Source: Obrimoposthia wandeli
Lineage: Eukaryota
DNA: 64,000 nt
Reading direction: 5' to 3'
Assembly (NCBI GenBank): GCA_977020255.1
Contig: CDROCS010003917.1
Location: 1-64,000, forward strand
A program made the translations under genes and the position numbers. Shown in pieces: positions 1 to 10,797 of this stretch. Under the pieces are notes generated by a model that saw only the letters and a list, made by a program, of their open reading frames with translations, ran no database searches and had not been told where the DNA came from. Positions within the stretch are counted from its first letter, which is position 1. Each line of letters opens with the position of its first letter.

Positions 1-175
1 TAAGAACGAACACACCTTGAGCTTCTGATGATAGTATCGAGAAAGACCAGGTGTTAATGAATTTAATCAATTAAAAGTAATAGAGCAGCAACGGTATCTA
101 ATAAAAAACGACTAATAAACCTTTGATGAAAGCTCAATATTCGATTAAATGTAAAAACCTTATTTTGCGTGCCAA

Positions 176-1336
176 TCACACTGGGAGATAGTTTAATAAA
201 GCGCTTCGCATACGATTAACGGCCTCTATCACTAAACTCTTGGTACAGCCAAAATTCATTCTAACGTAATTGTTGTCACCAAAGTCTCTACCAGGTGAGA
301 GACCAACCCCTGCTTCTTCAAAGAACAATGCAGGGTTGTCTAATTTAGCAGCTGAGACATCAATCCAAGCTAAATAAGTAGCTTGATTTGGGAGTTACCT
401 TTTAGTCCTGAATAGCGTTGCTGATTTCGGCGGCAGAAGAATAATCATGGTTCTGGCGAAAATATTCAAGCTGTGCCTCAAGCCATTGCTCTCCTTGGGT
501 GTAAGCTGCATATGTTGCTGTATAGCCTAATAAATTGGTGCTAGGTACTATTCCATTGCGTACTCTATTGAATTTTTTGCGGATTGCAGAATCAGCTATG
601 ATTGCAAAAGAACAGCCTAGGCCTGCAATATTAAATGTTTTACTCGGAGCCATTAAAGTTATGCAACGCCTAGCAATTTCATCGTTAAGAGAAGCTATTG
701 GTATATGGCGTAATTGTTTGTCTAATAACAAATCACAGTGAATTTCATCCGAACACAAAATAAGGTTATGCTTGACGACAATATCAGCAATTACCTTAAG
801 CTCTTCATGGGAATAAACGGTTCCGCCGGGATTGTGTGGGTTGCAAAATAATAGAATCTTAGTAGCAGTCGTTATTTGCTGCTCTAAAGCTGCGGAATCA
901 ATTACCCATCGATCATCATTTAGCTTCATTGGAACTTGGGATACTTGTAAGCCTGAAAGGTGCGGAGCAGAAACAAAGGGTGGATATATAGGTGATGGGG
1001 TTAAGGCTGTTCCTCCGCTAGGCGCTGCGGTTCTGCAAGCAAGGTTCAACGCACAAACTAATCCAGGTAACCAAACGATCCAGTCCTCTCTTTAATTCCC
1101 AGTTGGCGCTGGGCAAGCAGTTTAATAATAGTTTGGTTTAATTCAGCAGGAACTGAAGTATAGCCAAATACGCCATGTTCAATGCGTTCCTTTAGAGCTT
1201 CGGTAATAGCTGGAGGTGCCTTGAAATCAGTATCTGCTACCCACATTGGTAAAATAGACTCATCACTGTAGCGTTCCCATTTGGTGCTGTGGGTGTTGCG
1301 TCTATTTATGGGTTGGTCAAAGTTGATTACAGGCAT
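176..1336 (-). CDS. malY: MalY/PatB-family PLP-dependent aminotransferase / cystathionine beta-lyase, split by several indels (probably sequencing errors)
   Basis: ORF 1058..1336 gives the N-terminus (FDQPINRRNTHSTKW, PMWVADTDF, GVFGY). ORF 402..1049 gives the core (CNPHNPGG, SDEIHCD, APSKTFNIAGL). My manual translation below 400 gives the C-terminus QATYLAWID..GVGLSPGRDFG..VRMNFGC..YLPV with TGA at 176-178. Frame breaks near 390-450 and 1060-1110. Confidence 0.8.
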
Positions 1337-1730
1337 GTGCGTGAGATCCTTAAGTTGCGTGAGTTAACGGTTATTATTTGCTACCAGTTTGCTACATGAA
1401 TAAGGAGTAATGCTATGCATAAGCTGCTTAATAGATACTAGTTTATATTTATATCCATCGTTATAAAAGTGTATTTTACAACAGTAGGGTGTTGGATATA
1501 AATTACTTCTGAACATGCTGAAATCATAAATAAAATATGTGAATAATAATAATTAGTAGCAAATTGAGGGTTATTGCAAGTAAAAGCCAAGAAGCTCGTA
1601 ACAAAATTGATGGTAAAACCTAGGCTGCACAATCTGTGATCTTGCTTGTATAGAGTAAATGGTATATTCACTAGTCAGCATTGGTGTTAATAGTTAAACT
1701 GGCTTCTAATTAACGAGTAGGGCAGATTCA

Positions 1731-2774
1731 ATGCAACAACAGCAATTAAGGCATCAGTATTTAGCATCAATGGGTATTACTAGTTGGCTTTCAAGGTGTG
1801 ATTTAACTGCTGCAGAATCACCTGATTGGAAAGCAGATTTTATTTATAATGAAGGTGCCATTGAAAATAGTAGTGTAGAGACGGGTGTGCAAATTAGTAC
1901 GCAAGTGAGCAGAAACGACAGTGTACCAATTAATGAGCATCCATCGCAACACAATAGGGTATCTTTAAATCCTGCTAGATCTCTATCTGACTCTTTAATT
2001 AATAGCCTGAATCCCCTTGCTGAACCGGTATTATCTGCCAATTCTCCGATACCTGTTGAGTTATTAGATAACAGCTCATTGTTGATTGCACAGCAAACAG
2101 CACGAGATACCGTTACTCATTTACCTGTTATACATGAAGAGCTTGCAGGGTCTACCGTTGCTGAATACGCACCAGCAGATCAATCTGAAATAAGCTCAGC
2201 TAAAAGTGAAAACGATAATAGTATGCCTCGTCATATACCGCTGGTGACCAGTAGTGCAAAAGAAGCACCAGTAATGCGTTTAATGTTTTGGCAATATAAA
2301 GATGTGCTCGTTGTTGATTCTCTGCCAACGCAAACAAGAGGCACTTTAGCTTCAGCTCAATATGAGCAGTTATTAACCAATATGATTAAAGCTATGAAAT
2401 TAGATAGTCAGAGAATCGGCTTTGATACTCAGCCTTATGTATTGAATTGGCCTACTTTAGCAGGAGTGAGCATTGATCAGGGCTGGGATCAGGCGCTTTC
2501 TGCTGTACAACATAAGCTAGCAAAGATATTACAAAACTATACGCCTAGTTTAGTGCTTATGTTAGGTGAATCAGCTGCGCAAATGATCATGGCCGTGGAA
2601 GATGATTTTGACGCTTTACGGGGTATTGTTTTTTCGTTGCGCACACAAACCAAAGCAATTACTTCTTACAGTTTAACGCAGATGTTGAATGTTCCCGGCT
2701 GTAAAAAGGAAGTGTGGTTAGATTTGCAAAAGATAATGAACCCCTCTATTCAGCCTTCATCCAATGTTAAGTGA
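1731..2774 (+). CDS. Probable DNA polymerase III psi (HolD)-like protein of the long Pseudomonas type
   Basis: N-terminal RHQYLASMGITSWLSR resembles the psi N-terminal clamp-loader-binding motif. A long low-complexity linker and globular C-terminus follow. It lies directly upstream of rimI, the conserved holD position. Confidence 0.55.
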   Translation: MQQQQLRHQYLASMGITSWLSRCDLTAAESPDWKADFIYNEGAIENSSVETGVQISTQVSRNDSVPINEHPSQHNRVSLNPARSLSDSLINSLNPLAEPVLSANSPIPVELLDNSSLLIAQQTARDTVTHLPVIHEELAGSTVAEYAPADQSEISSAKSENDNSMPRHIPLVTSSAKEAPVMRLMFWQYKDVLVVDSLPTQTRGTLASAQYEQLLTNMIKAMKLDSQRIGFDTQPYVLNWPTLAGVSIDQGWDQALSAVQHKLAKILQNYTPSLVLMLGESAAQMIMAVEDDFDALRGIVFSLRTQTKAITSYSLTQMLNVPGCKKEVWLDLQKIMNPSIQPSSNVK

Positions 2775-2780
2775 CATTTA

Positions 2781-3290
2781 ATGAGCAAATTAACGCTATT
2801 ATCCGCGCAGCCTTCAGCGTTTATAATAAATGAGTTAAACGCAATTCAGAAACTGAGTTTTACGCCTTTTTGGAGCGAATCTCAAATACAACAACAGTTA
2901 GCCAGTGTAAAAAGCCTTAGCTTTGCAATATTTGAAACGGAGAATAAATTAGAGGCTGAGGATTCGCAATGCAAGCTACTGGGTTTTATTTTTTATCGGT
3001 TATTATTTGATGAGGCCGAAATATTACAAGTAGCGGTCAATCCACACTATCAGCATCAAGGAGTTGGCCGGGCGTTAATAACCAAGACGGAAACATACTT
3101 AGTCGAGCAGGATATTAACAGGGTTATGCTGGAGGTTAATGGATCTAATCTACATGCTATTGAACTATACGAAAAAATGGGTTTTGTTTTAGAAGGCACT
3201 CGTAAACGTTATTATCCCAGTAAAAAAGCCAATGGTAAAAGGGAAGATGCTCTGCTTTACGGTTTGAATCTAACGGCTGTAAAGAAATGA
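2781..3290 (+). CDS. rimI: Ribosomal protein S18-alanine N-acetyltransferase (GNAT)
   Basis: DEAEILQVAV..QHQGVGRAL, MLEVNGSNLHAIELYEKMGF..GTRKRYY, REDALL are RimI signature segments. Confidence 0.9.
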   Translation: MSKLTLLSAQPSAFIINELNAIQKLSFTPFWSESQIQQQLASVKSLSFAIFETENKLEAEDSQCKLLGFIFYRLLFDEAEILQVAVNPHYQHQGVGRALITKTETYLVEQDINRVMLEVNGSNLHAIELYEKMGFVLEGTRKRYYPSKKANGKREDALLYGLNLTAVKK

Positions 3291-3294
3291 TTGA

Positions 3295-3957
3295 ATGAGT
3301 TCTGCCGTTTTAAGCGGCTTTAGTTTTTATTTATTTAATGTGGTTTATGCGCTGGCTTTTTTTTACGCCTGTTACTGTTCGCCTTGGAGAAAGTTAAAAA
3401 GTAACATTGCTTTACAGCATCTGTGCTTTGGTACAACGGTCGTGCTCATGATTATTTGGAGTATTCAAGCGGACCTTATCGATGGAGTGAAAATTCATTT
3501 TTTAGGAATGACGGCATTAACTCTTATACTCGGTTGGGATTTAGCGGTGGTTTGTGCAAGTATCGTCTTGGTTGGGTTGCATATTATTTCTGGAGATAGT
3601 GGATCCAATATAGCTGCCAATGGCATTATAACAATTCTTTTGCCTGTGGCTGTGGCCAAAATAGTTTTACATATCGTTTCGAATAAACTGCCGAAGAACT
3701 TTTTTATCTTTATGTTTTGTTGTGGATTCTTTTGTGCAGGGTTGACAGCTGTTTTCACTGGCTGTGCTGTAGCGGCTATATTAGGTTTAAATGAAGTTTA
3801 TTCTTGGTTGAAGATCCAGCAGGATATTATTACTATCATCGTGCTGACTATTTTCCCTGAAGGGCTGTTAAATGGAATGTTACTAACGGCTATTATGACT
3901 TTTTATCCAGATTGGATTCGCAGTTTTGATGCTAAAGAATACATTGATAATCAGTAA
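3295..3957 (+). CDS. ECF transporter S-component-like (CbiM-family) membrane protein
   Basis: About six hydrophobic segments, IHFLGMTALTLILGW, NFFIFMFCCGFF and C-terminal FPEGLLNGMLLT..YPDWIRSFD, typical of the solitary 'ECF permease' family. Confidence 0.65.
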   Translation: MSSAVLSGFSFYLFNVVYALAFFYACYCSPWRKLKSNIALQHLCFGTTVVLMIIWSIQADLIDGVKIHFLGMTALTLILGWDLAVVCASIVLVGLHIISGDSGSNIAANGIITILLPVAVAKIVLHIVSNKLPKNFFIFMFCCGFFCAGLTAVFTGCAVAAILGLNEVYSWLKIQQDIITIIVLTIFPEGLLNGMLLTAIMTFYPDWIRSFDAKEYIDNQ

Positions 3958-4163
3958 TCTAAATAGCAGTTTCAAAAATTGAAATAAACTCAGTATTAAA
4001 AGTAAATACTGAGTTGATGTAAAGAAAGAATACCAGTGGTGTGCCGAAGTAGGCCGGTTTGTATGCAACCTGATAACGAAGACACAGCACAGTAATGCCT
4101 CAAAGCTTATAGATAAGAGCTCATCAATGTGCGGCTTGAGCGATAAGTAATCGCCAGTTTAAA

Positions 4164-4463
4164 TTAATCTTTCTTTGCAAATGCTACATCAAAAGCTGCT
4201 TTTTGCTCTGCTGTTGCAGGTAGTTGATGCTTATCTTTCCAAGTAGCGTAAGGTTCTTTATAAATAATTTCTCTGGCTTGTTCGTAGTTTACTGTCTCTC
4301 CATGTTCAGTAGCAGCACTAGAATACCATTTTGATAGGCAGTTACGGCAAAAGCCCGCCAGTATCATTAAGTCAATATTCTGAGCATCTTTACGCGAATC
4401 TAAGTGTTCGAGTAAGCGTCTAAAAGCCGCTGCTTCTATTTGGGTTTGTGTTTTTTGGTCCAT
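4164..4463 (-). CDS. DUF1244 domain protein
   Basis: IEAAAFRRLLEHLDSRKDAQNIDLMILAGFCRNCLSKWY..AREIIY..PYATWK is the DUF1244 signature. Confidence 0.85.
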   Translation of the reverse strand: MDQKTQTQIEAAAFRRLLEHLDSRKDAQNIDLMILAGFCRNCLSKWYSSAATEHGETVNYEQAREIIYKEPYATWKDKHQLPATAEQKAAFDVAFAKKD

Positions 4464-4507
4464 TTTAATTACTCTCTTTAACTCGTTATAATAATGATTT
4501 AGTTATT

Positions 4508-7202
4508 TTATATGGTTTGTAGCGCGGCGCTGATATGTTTGTCCAGTTGTTTGCAAATCTCGCATTGTAATAAATAGATAAACTCAGGGTCTTCCACAAG
4601 TGCACCGGTGCAATCCGTTATAAAGAAAAGGTCGACTACATGCTCGCCAACAACAGACATTTTAGCCTTGCAAACAATAATATTGTGAGTGGCAAAAACT
4701 TCGCCAATGAGTGCGAGAAGACCGGGTCTGTCAGAGATACATTTCTACTGTAATTAAAACTTGGATCAGTACTGAATTTCACTTTACTGGGGATGGAAAA
4801 TAATTTCATTTGTCGGCTAACTCTACGTCGAATAATAGACGAATATTTCTTAGGGCTAGAAAGTTGTTTAACAATAGTTCTTTTTATCAGTTGTAGGTTT
4901 TTTTCATTATCAGGTATAGATTTGTTTTCTTGTGTTAAAATTGTATAACTGCTAAAAGCATAGTCGCTCTGTGTTTGGTAAATGCGTGCGTCTTGTATGC
5001 TTAGGGATAGCTGATCAACCGTGGCGACAGTGACGGCAAATAGATTATCAGCATTTTTCGTGTAGATAAATACTTCCGATGCGCCTTCATATAGCCTCAA
5101 TGAGGTTTTCTTAATTAACACGACTGTTTTAAACGCGGCAGGACTTTCTATTATTGCTTTAGTGTGCCAGGCGATATTCTTCTTCTGCACCTCGTGGATA
5201 AAGTATTCACTGACAGATGCCCATAAATCTCAATTTTCTGGGATCTAAATTACCAGTAGAGAGTATTTCTAGTGCTTCTTGCTGTACTTGCTCTATCAGG
5301 TCTTGGCGGTTTACAGGGTTGTCTAGACCGCGTTTAAGGGCTATTTTTGTTTCGCTATATAATTGGCGCATTAAAGAGGCGCGCCAGTTGTTCCATAGCT
5401 TATTGCGGCGTTGATGTCAGCGTAACCGTTAATGCATGCTGGGCATCTAAATGGGTAACATCTCCAACGTGTTCAGCAAATGTTTGAATGATTTCAGGAT
5501 CTGAAATGTCTTTGCGTTGCGCTGTCATTGACATAAGCAAATGGCTGCGAACTAACCAAGCAATTAACTGCGAATCCCATTTACCTAAACGGTGTGTTTT
5601 ACAAAACTCTAGTGCATCCAGTGCGCCTAGTTCTGAGTGATCACCGCCTCTGCCTTTGCCGATATCATGATAAAGAGCTGCAATATATAGTAGTTCAATT
5701 TTAGGTAATTGATTAACCACAGCGTGAGCGATTGGAAACTGCTCTTTATGCTCGGGGTGCCTGAATTGGCGGCATTTTCTGATGACTTTAACGGTATGTG
5801 CATCAACAGTATAAATATGAAATAAATCATGCTGCATTTGTCCGACAATTCGACCAAACTCAGGTAAGTATCGGCCTAATATGCCATAACGAATCATTCG
5901 TTTTAGTTCAGTGGAAACGCCGTCTTGTTGCCTGAGAAGTTCCATGAATAGACTGATATTGCGGATATCTGAACGAAAATCATCGTCGATTAAATGCCAG
6001 TGCTCCCTGATTAGCCTGATAGTTGAAGCCCTAACACCTGCAATGCTGCGATCTTGAGCGAGCAGCACAAACAGTTCCATAAGCGCAAAGGGTTGATACT
6101 TGAATACTTTGTCATGAGATACCGCTAAAAAATTATTGTGAAGGTTGAAGCGATTGTTGATGGTTTGAATATCACTTGGTAAATGCTCGTTAAGGCTTTC
6201 TTCAAAATATTGCAGTAAGATATCGTTAAAACCGGTCATCTGCATGGCTATACGGTAATATCTTTCCATGAATTGCTCTACAGCAAGTTTACCTTTTTGG
6301 TCTTTGTAGCCAAAAAAATCAGCGAGACTTCGCTGGTGGTCCAGCAGTAGTCGGTCTTCTTTTTTGTTATTCATCATGTGGAGTGCGTAGCGTATTTTCC
6401 ACAGATAATGTTGGCCATTATTAAGAATCTTTAACTCGGAAGCGGAGATGAATTCGTGTTTGACTAAATCGTCGAGCAAATTAACTGCAAAATAACGTTT
6501 AGCTACCCAGCCTATAGTATGGATATCTCGTAGGCCTCCAGGAGAGTTCTTGATGTTAGGTTCTAAGTTGTATTCAGTGTTATTGGTGCGTTGATGGCGA
6601 CTTTTTTGTTCTGCTGACTTGCCTATTAAAAAATCTTTAGCGCTCCACGCTTGCTCAGAAGCTACTAATTTATACATTCTTTCGCGAAGTTCTTTACTGC
6701 CGGTTATGGTTCTTGATTCAATTAAATTAGTGGCTATCGTCAAATCTAATTTTGATTGTTCAAGGCATTCTTCAATAGAGCGAACACTAGAGCTAACGTC
6801 AAGTTTAATATCCCAGAGGAAGGTTAGAAATTGACTGATGCTCTGTTGGTAAGATTCTGGATCAATATCGTTAAAGAGTATCAGTAGATCAATATCGGAA
6901 TGAGGGTGTAATTCTCCGCGCCCAAAACCGCCAACGGCGATTAAAGATACATGCCCAGAACTAGGCCACGTGAAAAGTTGCCAAGCACTAGTGATAAGTA
7001 AGTCTAAAACTTGGGAACGCCCATAAATCAGCTTTTGAATGGCAATGCCGGCTTTAAATTCGCGATCCATGTTAATGCGCATATCATTCAGTGCTTGCTT
7101 AAAAACCGGGATAGGCTGTTTGCAATCTATTAGTTGTTGTTGAAATTGCTTGAAGTTAAAAAATAAACTGATATCAATTTGTTGAACTAGAGATTGAGCC
7201 AT
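4508..7202 (-). CDS. glnD: [Protein-PII] uridylyltransferase, interrupted by several indels
   Basis: ORF 5400..7202 has [50 protein letters not shown] and [21 protein letters not shown] 4636..5190 has ACT1. My manual translation gives ACT2 ([30 protein letters not shown]) with TAA at 4508-4510. It lies downstream of map as usual. Confidence 0.85.
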
Positions 7203-7590
7203 GATTCATCTTCCCGTTGAGTAATACCAATAATGCAAATTTAGATATGAGAGCCTTTTGTACAGCTCAGCAAAAAACCGATAATTGAGTGTGGTGATGG
7301 CGTGAAAAGCAAGATTTCACCTAAAATGGGATGTATGTTGAGTCCATTCTGGGTTTATATATTAAGCATTGCTACTTGTACAAGTGTTGTTGATTAATTA
7401 TGTGTCACAGTTAGGTCTTAAAAAAGTGTAACCAAAAGAGCTTTGTTGTATCCAATTAACCAGAACGATAAATTTAATAAGTATGACTAGATCGGCAAAG
7501 ATCAGTTACTGATAAAAGTTACCGCTATTCTGGATAGCTAGAGCTCCATGGACTATAAAAGGCGTAATGCGTACAATTAAAGAGTGCTGA

Positions 7591-8361
7591 TTAAAAACTT
7601 TCTTCACTGCGCCTAGTTAAAATTTCCGAGCCATTGGCGGTCACTAAAATAGTATGTTCCCACTGAGCTGATAAGCGTCTATCGTTCGTTTCTACAGTCC
7701 AGCCGTCTTTTTTATTTAGCTTTACTTGGCGTTTTCCAGCGTTGATCATAGGCTCGATAGTAAAGATATTTCCCTCCATTATTACTTCACCTGTCCCAGC
7801 GCGGCCGTAATGCAATACCTGTGGGTCTTCATGAAAACCAGCACCTATACCATGTCCGCAGTATTCGCGAACCACAGAGTAGTGGTGCTTTTCTGCATGT
7901 TGCTGAATGACATGCCCAAAATCGCCCAAGTGAGCACCTGGCTTTACCAGTTCAATTGCTTTGTAAAGGCATTCTTGAGTCACTTCGATAAGGCGTTTTG
8001 CATGAGGAAGAACCTTACCTACATAAAACATCTTACTAGTATCACCGTGGTAACCGTCCTTTATAACGGTGATGTCAATGTTGATAATGTCGCCGCCTTT
8101 CAGGGGTTTGTCGTTAGGGATACCATGGCAAACTACTTGGTTGACTGATGTACAAATAGATTTAGGGAAGCCGTGATAGTCTAAAGGAGCAGGAATTGCT
8201 TTCTGTACATCGACAATATAGTCATGACATATTTGATTAAGCTGATTGGTTGTAACGCCAGTAACGACGTGCTCTTCTATCATTTCAAGTACATCTGCTG
8301 CAAGCTTGCCAGCAATTCTCATTTTGCTGATTTCTTCAGCTGTCTTAATTAATATAGCCAT
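7591..8361 (-). CDS. map: Methionine aminopeptidase type I
   Basis: SICTSVNQVVCHGIP, NIDIT..HGDTS, YCGHGIG..FHEDPQV, FTIEPMIN, SAQWEHT. Confidence 0.97.
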   Translation of the reverse strand: MAILIKTAEEISKMRIAGKLAADVLEMIEEHVVTGVTTNQLNQICHDYIVDVQKAIPAPLDYHGFPKSICTSVNQVVCHGIPNDKPLKGGDIINIDITVIKDGYHGDTSKMFYVGKVLPHAKRLIEVTQECLYKAIELVKPGAHLGDFGHVIQQHAEKHHYSVVREYCGHGIGAGFHEDPQVLHYGRAGTGEVIMEGNIFTIEPMINAGKRQVKLNKKDGWTVETNDRRLSAQWEHTILVTANGSEILTRRSEESF

Positions 8362-8843
8362 TGTGTTTTAATAACCTAAATCTAATGAATTCTGCGCGCA
8401 GGTGTCAGTAAAAGAACCGTTGCAGTGTATTGTTTGTGTTCTTGAAAACAAAAATATAACTAAGCGCGAAATTGGTACGGCCTGAAAACGCCTTAAAGTA
8501 ATACTTGTAAATCAATATTAATTTTGAAAAAAATAAAACGGATAGAGTATTATCGCAAAATTACTATAAAACATCCTGTAATTAAATTACTAATTTAAAT
8601 CTAATCTATTCAAAGCTTGTTTTTTAATAAATATTACGAGCAAGCTCTATTCGGTATCGTGACTTCTAAAGTATTGGTACTAAGTTACATTGTTTTTTAG
8701 TAACGCTTTATTATATATAAAAAATATTTTTTCGAGCACGGCTTTATTTTGTAAACCGAAATTTATGGTCAGTATTAACCTTGTATAGTGTATCGAAATT
8801 CTTAACAGGATAGGAGGTTTTCCTTCATTTAACTGGTTTTTTA

Positions 8844-8860
8844 TGTTATAAAGTGCGCCC
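8844..8860 (+). promoter_or_regulatory. rpsB sigma70 extended -10 promoter with GC-rich discriminator
   Basis: TG-t-TATAAA at 8844-8852 followed by GTGCGCCC, the same architecture as the enterobacterial rpsB promoter. Confidence 0.65.
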
Positions 8861-8890
8861 GAGAATAGATAGGCTATTACTTGGGAAAAT

Positions 8891-8970
8891 CACACACACA
8901 TCGTCACGTCTACTGGGTGCCTTGGAAATTAGTCGAAGGTTAGTATATGGGATGTGTGGACGTCAAACCC
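8891..8970 (+). ncRNA. rpsB 5' leader (t44 / S2 autogenous-control element)
   Basis: CACACACATC..CAC..GGGTGCC..ATATGGGATGTGTGGA..AACCC, with 5'/3' pairing CACACATC:GATGTGTG and the conserved GGGU motif of gammaproteobacterial rpsB leaders. Confidence 0.75.
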
Positions 8971-8992
8971 AAAAATTAAAGGAAAAGATACA

Positions 8993-9711
8993 ATGGCACA
9001 AGTTACAATGCGTGAACTGCTAAAGGCAGGCGTACATTTTGGTCACCAAACTCGTTACTGGAACCCAAAGATGAATCAGTTCATCTTCGGTGCACGTAAC
9101 AAGATTCATATCATTAACTTAGAGCATACGCTTCCTGCGTTAAACGATTCTCTAAGCATTGTTAAGAACATGGCTGGCAACAAGAACAAGATCTTGTTCG
9201 TTGGTACTAAACGTGCAGCGAGCAAAATCATTAAGGAAGAAGCGCGTCGCGCGGGTATGCCTTATGTTAACCACCGCTGGTTAGGCGGCATGTTGACAAA
9301 CTACAAGACAATTCGCCAGTCTATTCGTCGTCTTCGTGAGCTTGAATCACAGGCAGATGATGGAACTTTCACGCAGCTTACTAAAAAAGAAGCGTTGATG
9401 CGTCAGCGTGAAATGGAAAAGCTTGAACGTTCAATTGGTGGTATCAAAGAAATGGGCGGCCTACCTGATGCATTATTCGTAACGATGCTGATCACGAACG
9501 GTTATCAATGCAAAGCTTAATAAGCTTTGGTATCCCAGTTATTGGTGTTGTAGATACAAACAGTAATCCAGATGGTGTTGATTACATCATTCCAGGTAAT
9601 GATGATGCGTTACGTGCAATTCAGATTTACGTTGGATCTATGGCTGATGCTTGTACTGAAGGTGCTGAAGTAGCTGCTGGCGAAAAGAGCGAGTTTGTTG
9701 AAGTAGAATAA
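8993..9711 (+). CDS. rpsB: 30S ribosomal protein S2, frame broken by indels at about 9480-9530
   Basis: [27 protein letters not shown].. in ORF 8954..9520 (ATG at 8993). The C-terminal [31 protein letters not shown] is in ORF 9508..9711. Confidence 0.92.
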
Positions 9712-9755
9712 GCATTAAATTGTTTGTTGCAAAAACAAATTAAGTTATATGATTG

Positions 9756-9784
9756 AAAAAGGGGAGCCGTGCTCCCCTTTTTTT
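9756..9784 (+). terminator. Intrinsic terminator/attenuator between rpsB and tsf
   Basis: AAAAAGGGGAGC-CGT-GCTCCCCTTTTTTT perfect stem with U-tract. Confidence 0.8.
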
Positions 9785-9819
9785 GAATGTTGATTGGGTT
9801 CAATCAAAGGGGCAATAAA

Positions 9820-10677
9820 ATGGCTGTTTCAGCTAAGTTAGTTAAAGAGTTACGTGATCGTACTGGTTTGGGCATGATGGAGTGCAAAAAAGCACTTACT
9901 GCTGTGGACGGTGATGTAGAGAAAGCAATTGAAGAAATGCGTAAGTCATCAGGTATGAAAGCAGCTAAAAAAGCTGGTCGTACTGCTGCTGATGGTGTTG
10001 TATTGGCTAAAGTTGCTGAAGATGGGACTTACGGTGTATTAGTTGAAGTTAACTCTGAAACTGATTTCGCAGCACGTGAAGAAAATTTCTTGAACTTTGC
10101 TCAAACAGTTACAGATGCGGCATTTGCTGCAAAAACAACTGATATTAGTGTTGTAATGACTGATGAGATGGTTGCTGTACGTGACGCATTAGTGCAGAAA
10201 ATCGGTGAAAACATTAGTCTTCGTCGTATTTCTATCGTTGAAGGCGAGTGTGTTGGTGCTTACGTGCATTCAAATAATCGTATTACAGCAATGGTTGCAG
10301 TGAAGGGCGCAAGTCAAGAAGTTGCTAAAGATGTTGCTATGCACATTAGTGCGACAAACCCGCGCGTTGTAAACAAAGATGATATGCCTGCCGATGAAGT
10401 GCAGAAAGAAAAAGATATCATTATGGCGCAGCCTGATATGGCGAGTAAGCCTATTGAAATTGCAGAGAAAATGGTTGTTGGTAGAATCGGTAAATTCTTA
10501 GCAGAGAATAGCCTTGTAGAACAGGCGTTTGTTAAAAATCCTGAGCAGAAGGTAGGCGAAATGGTGAAAGCGGCCGGTGGTGAAATAGTCAGCTTCATTC
10601 GTTTAGAAGTAGGCGAAGGTATTGAGGTTGCAGAAGTTGATTTTGCTACTGAAGTGGCAGCTCAGCTGAAAAGCTAA
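9820..10677 (+). CDS. tsf: Elongation factor Ts
   Basis: [54 protein letters not shown]. Start set at ATG 9820. Confidence 0.97.
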   Translation: MAVSAKLVKELRDRTGLGMMECKKALTAVDGDVEKAIEEMRKSSGMKAAKKAGRTAADGVVLAKVAEDGTYGVLVEVNSETDFAAREENFLNFAQTVTDAAFAAKTTDISVVMTDEMVAVRDALVQKIGENISLRRISIVEGECVGAYVHSNNRITAMVAVKGASQEVAKDVAMHISATNPRVVNKDDMPADEVQKEKDIIMAQPDMASKPIEIAEKMVVGRIGKFLAENSLVEQAFVKNPEQKVGEMVKAAGGEIVSFIRLEVGEGIEVAEVDFATEVAAQLKS

Positions 10678-10693
10678 TAATTGCTGTAATTTC

Positions 10694-10730
10694 AAGCGCA
10701 TGTGGCTATGATAGTGGCATGCGCTTTTTT
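10694..10730 (+). terminator. Intrinsic terminator after tsf
   Basis: AAGCGCATG..CATGCGCTT stem followed by a T-run. Confidence 0.7.
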
Positions 10731-10797
10731 GTATCTGTTGTTTTAGAATTTAAAGTAAAATCTGAGTTGTTTGATTAATACTAACCGGAGAAATTTA

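Noticed and set aside
1338-1363. Direct repeat TGCGTGAG x2 just upstream of malY
   Set aside because: Only 8 bp, two copies, and in the error-prone part of the window. I cannot distinguish it from chance.
1438-1671. 77-aa minus-strand ORF in the malY/psi-like spacer
   Set aside because: AT-rich low-information sequence with no recognisable motif or clear RBS, lying in a divergent promoter region.
4508-7202. glnD split into separate UTase and ACT-domain genes
   Set aside because: The pieces join into one GlnD of normal length once local indels are corrected, and there is no independent RBS or start for the downstream part.
8993-9711. rpsB as a pseudogene or programmed-frameshift gene
   Set aside because: There are several adjacent indels rather than one slippery site, the gene is essential, and the same damage pattern appears in neighbouring genes. 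A consensus error is far more likely.
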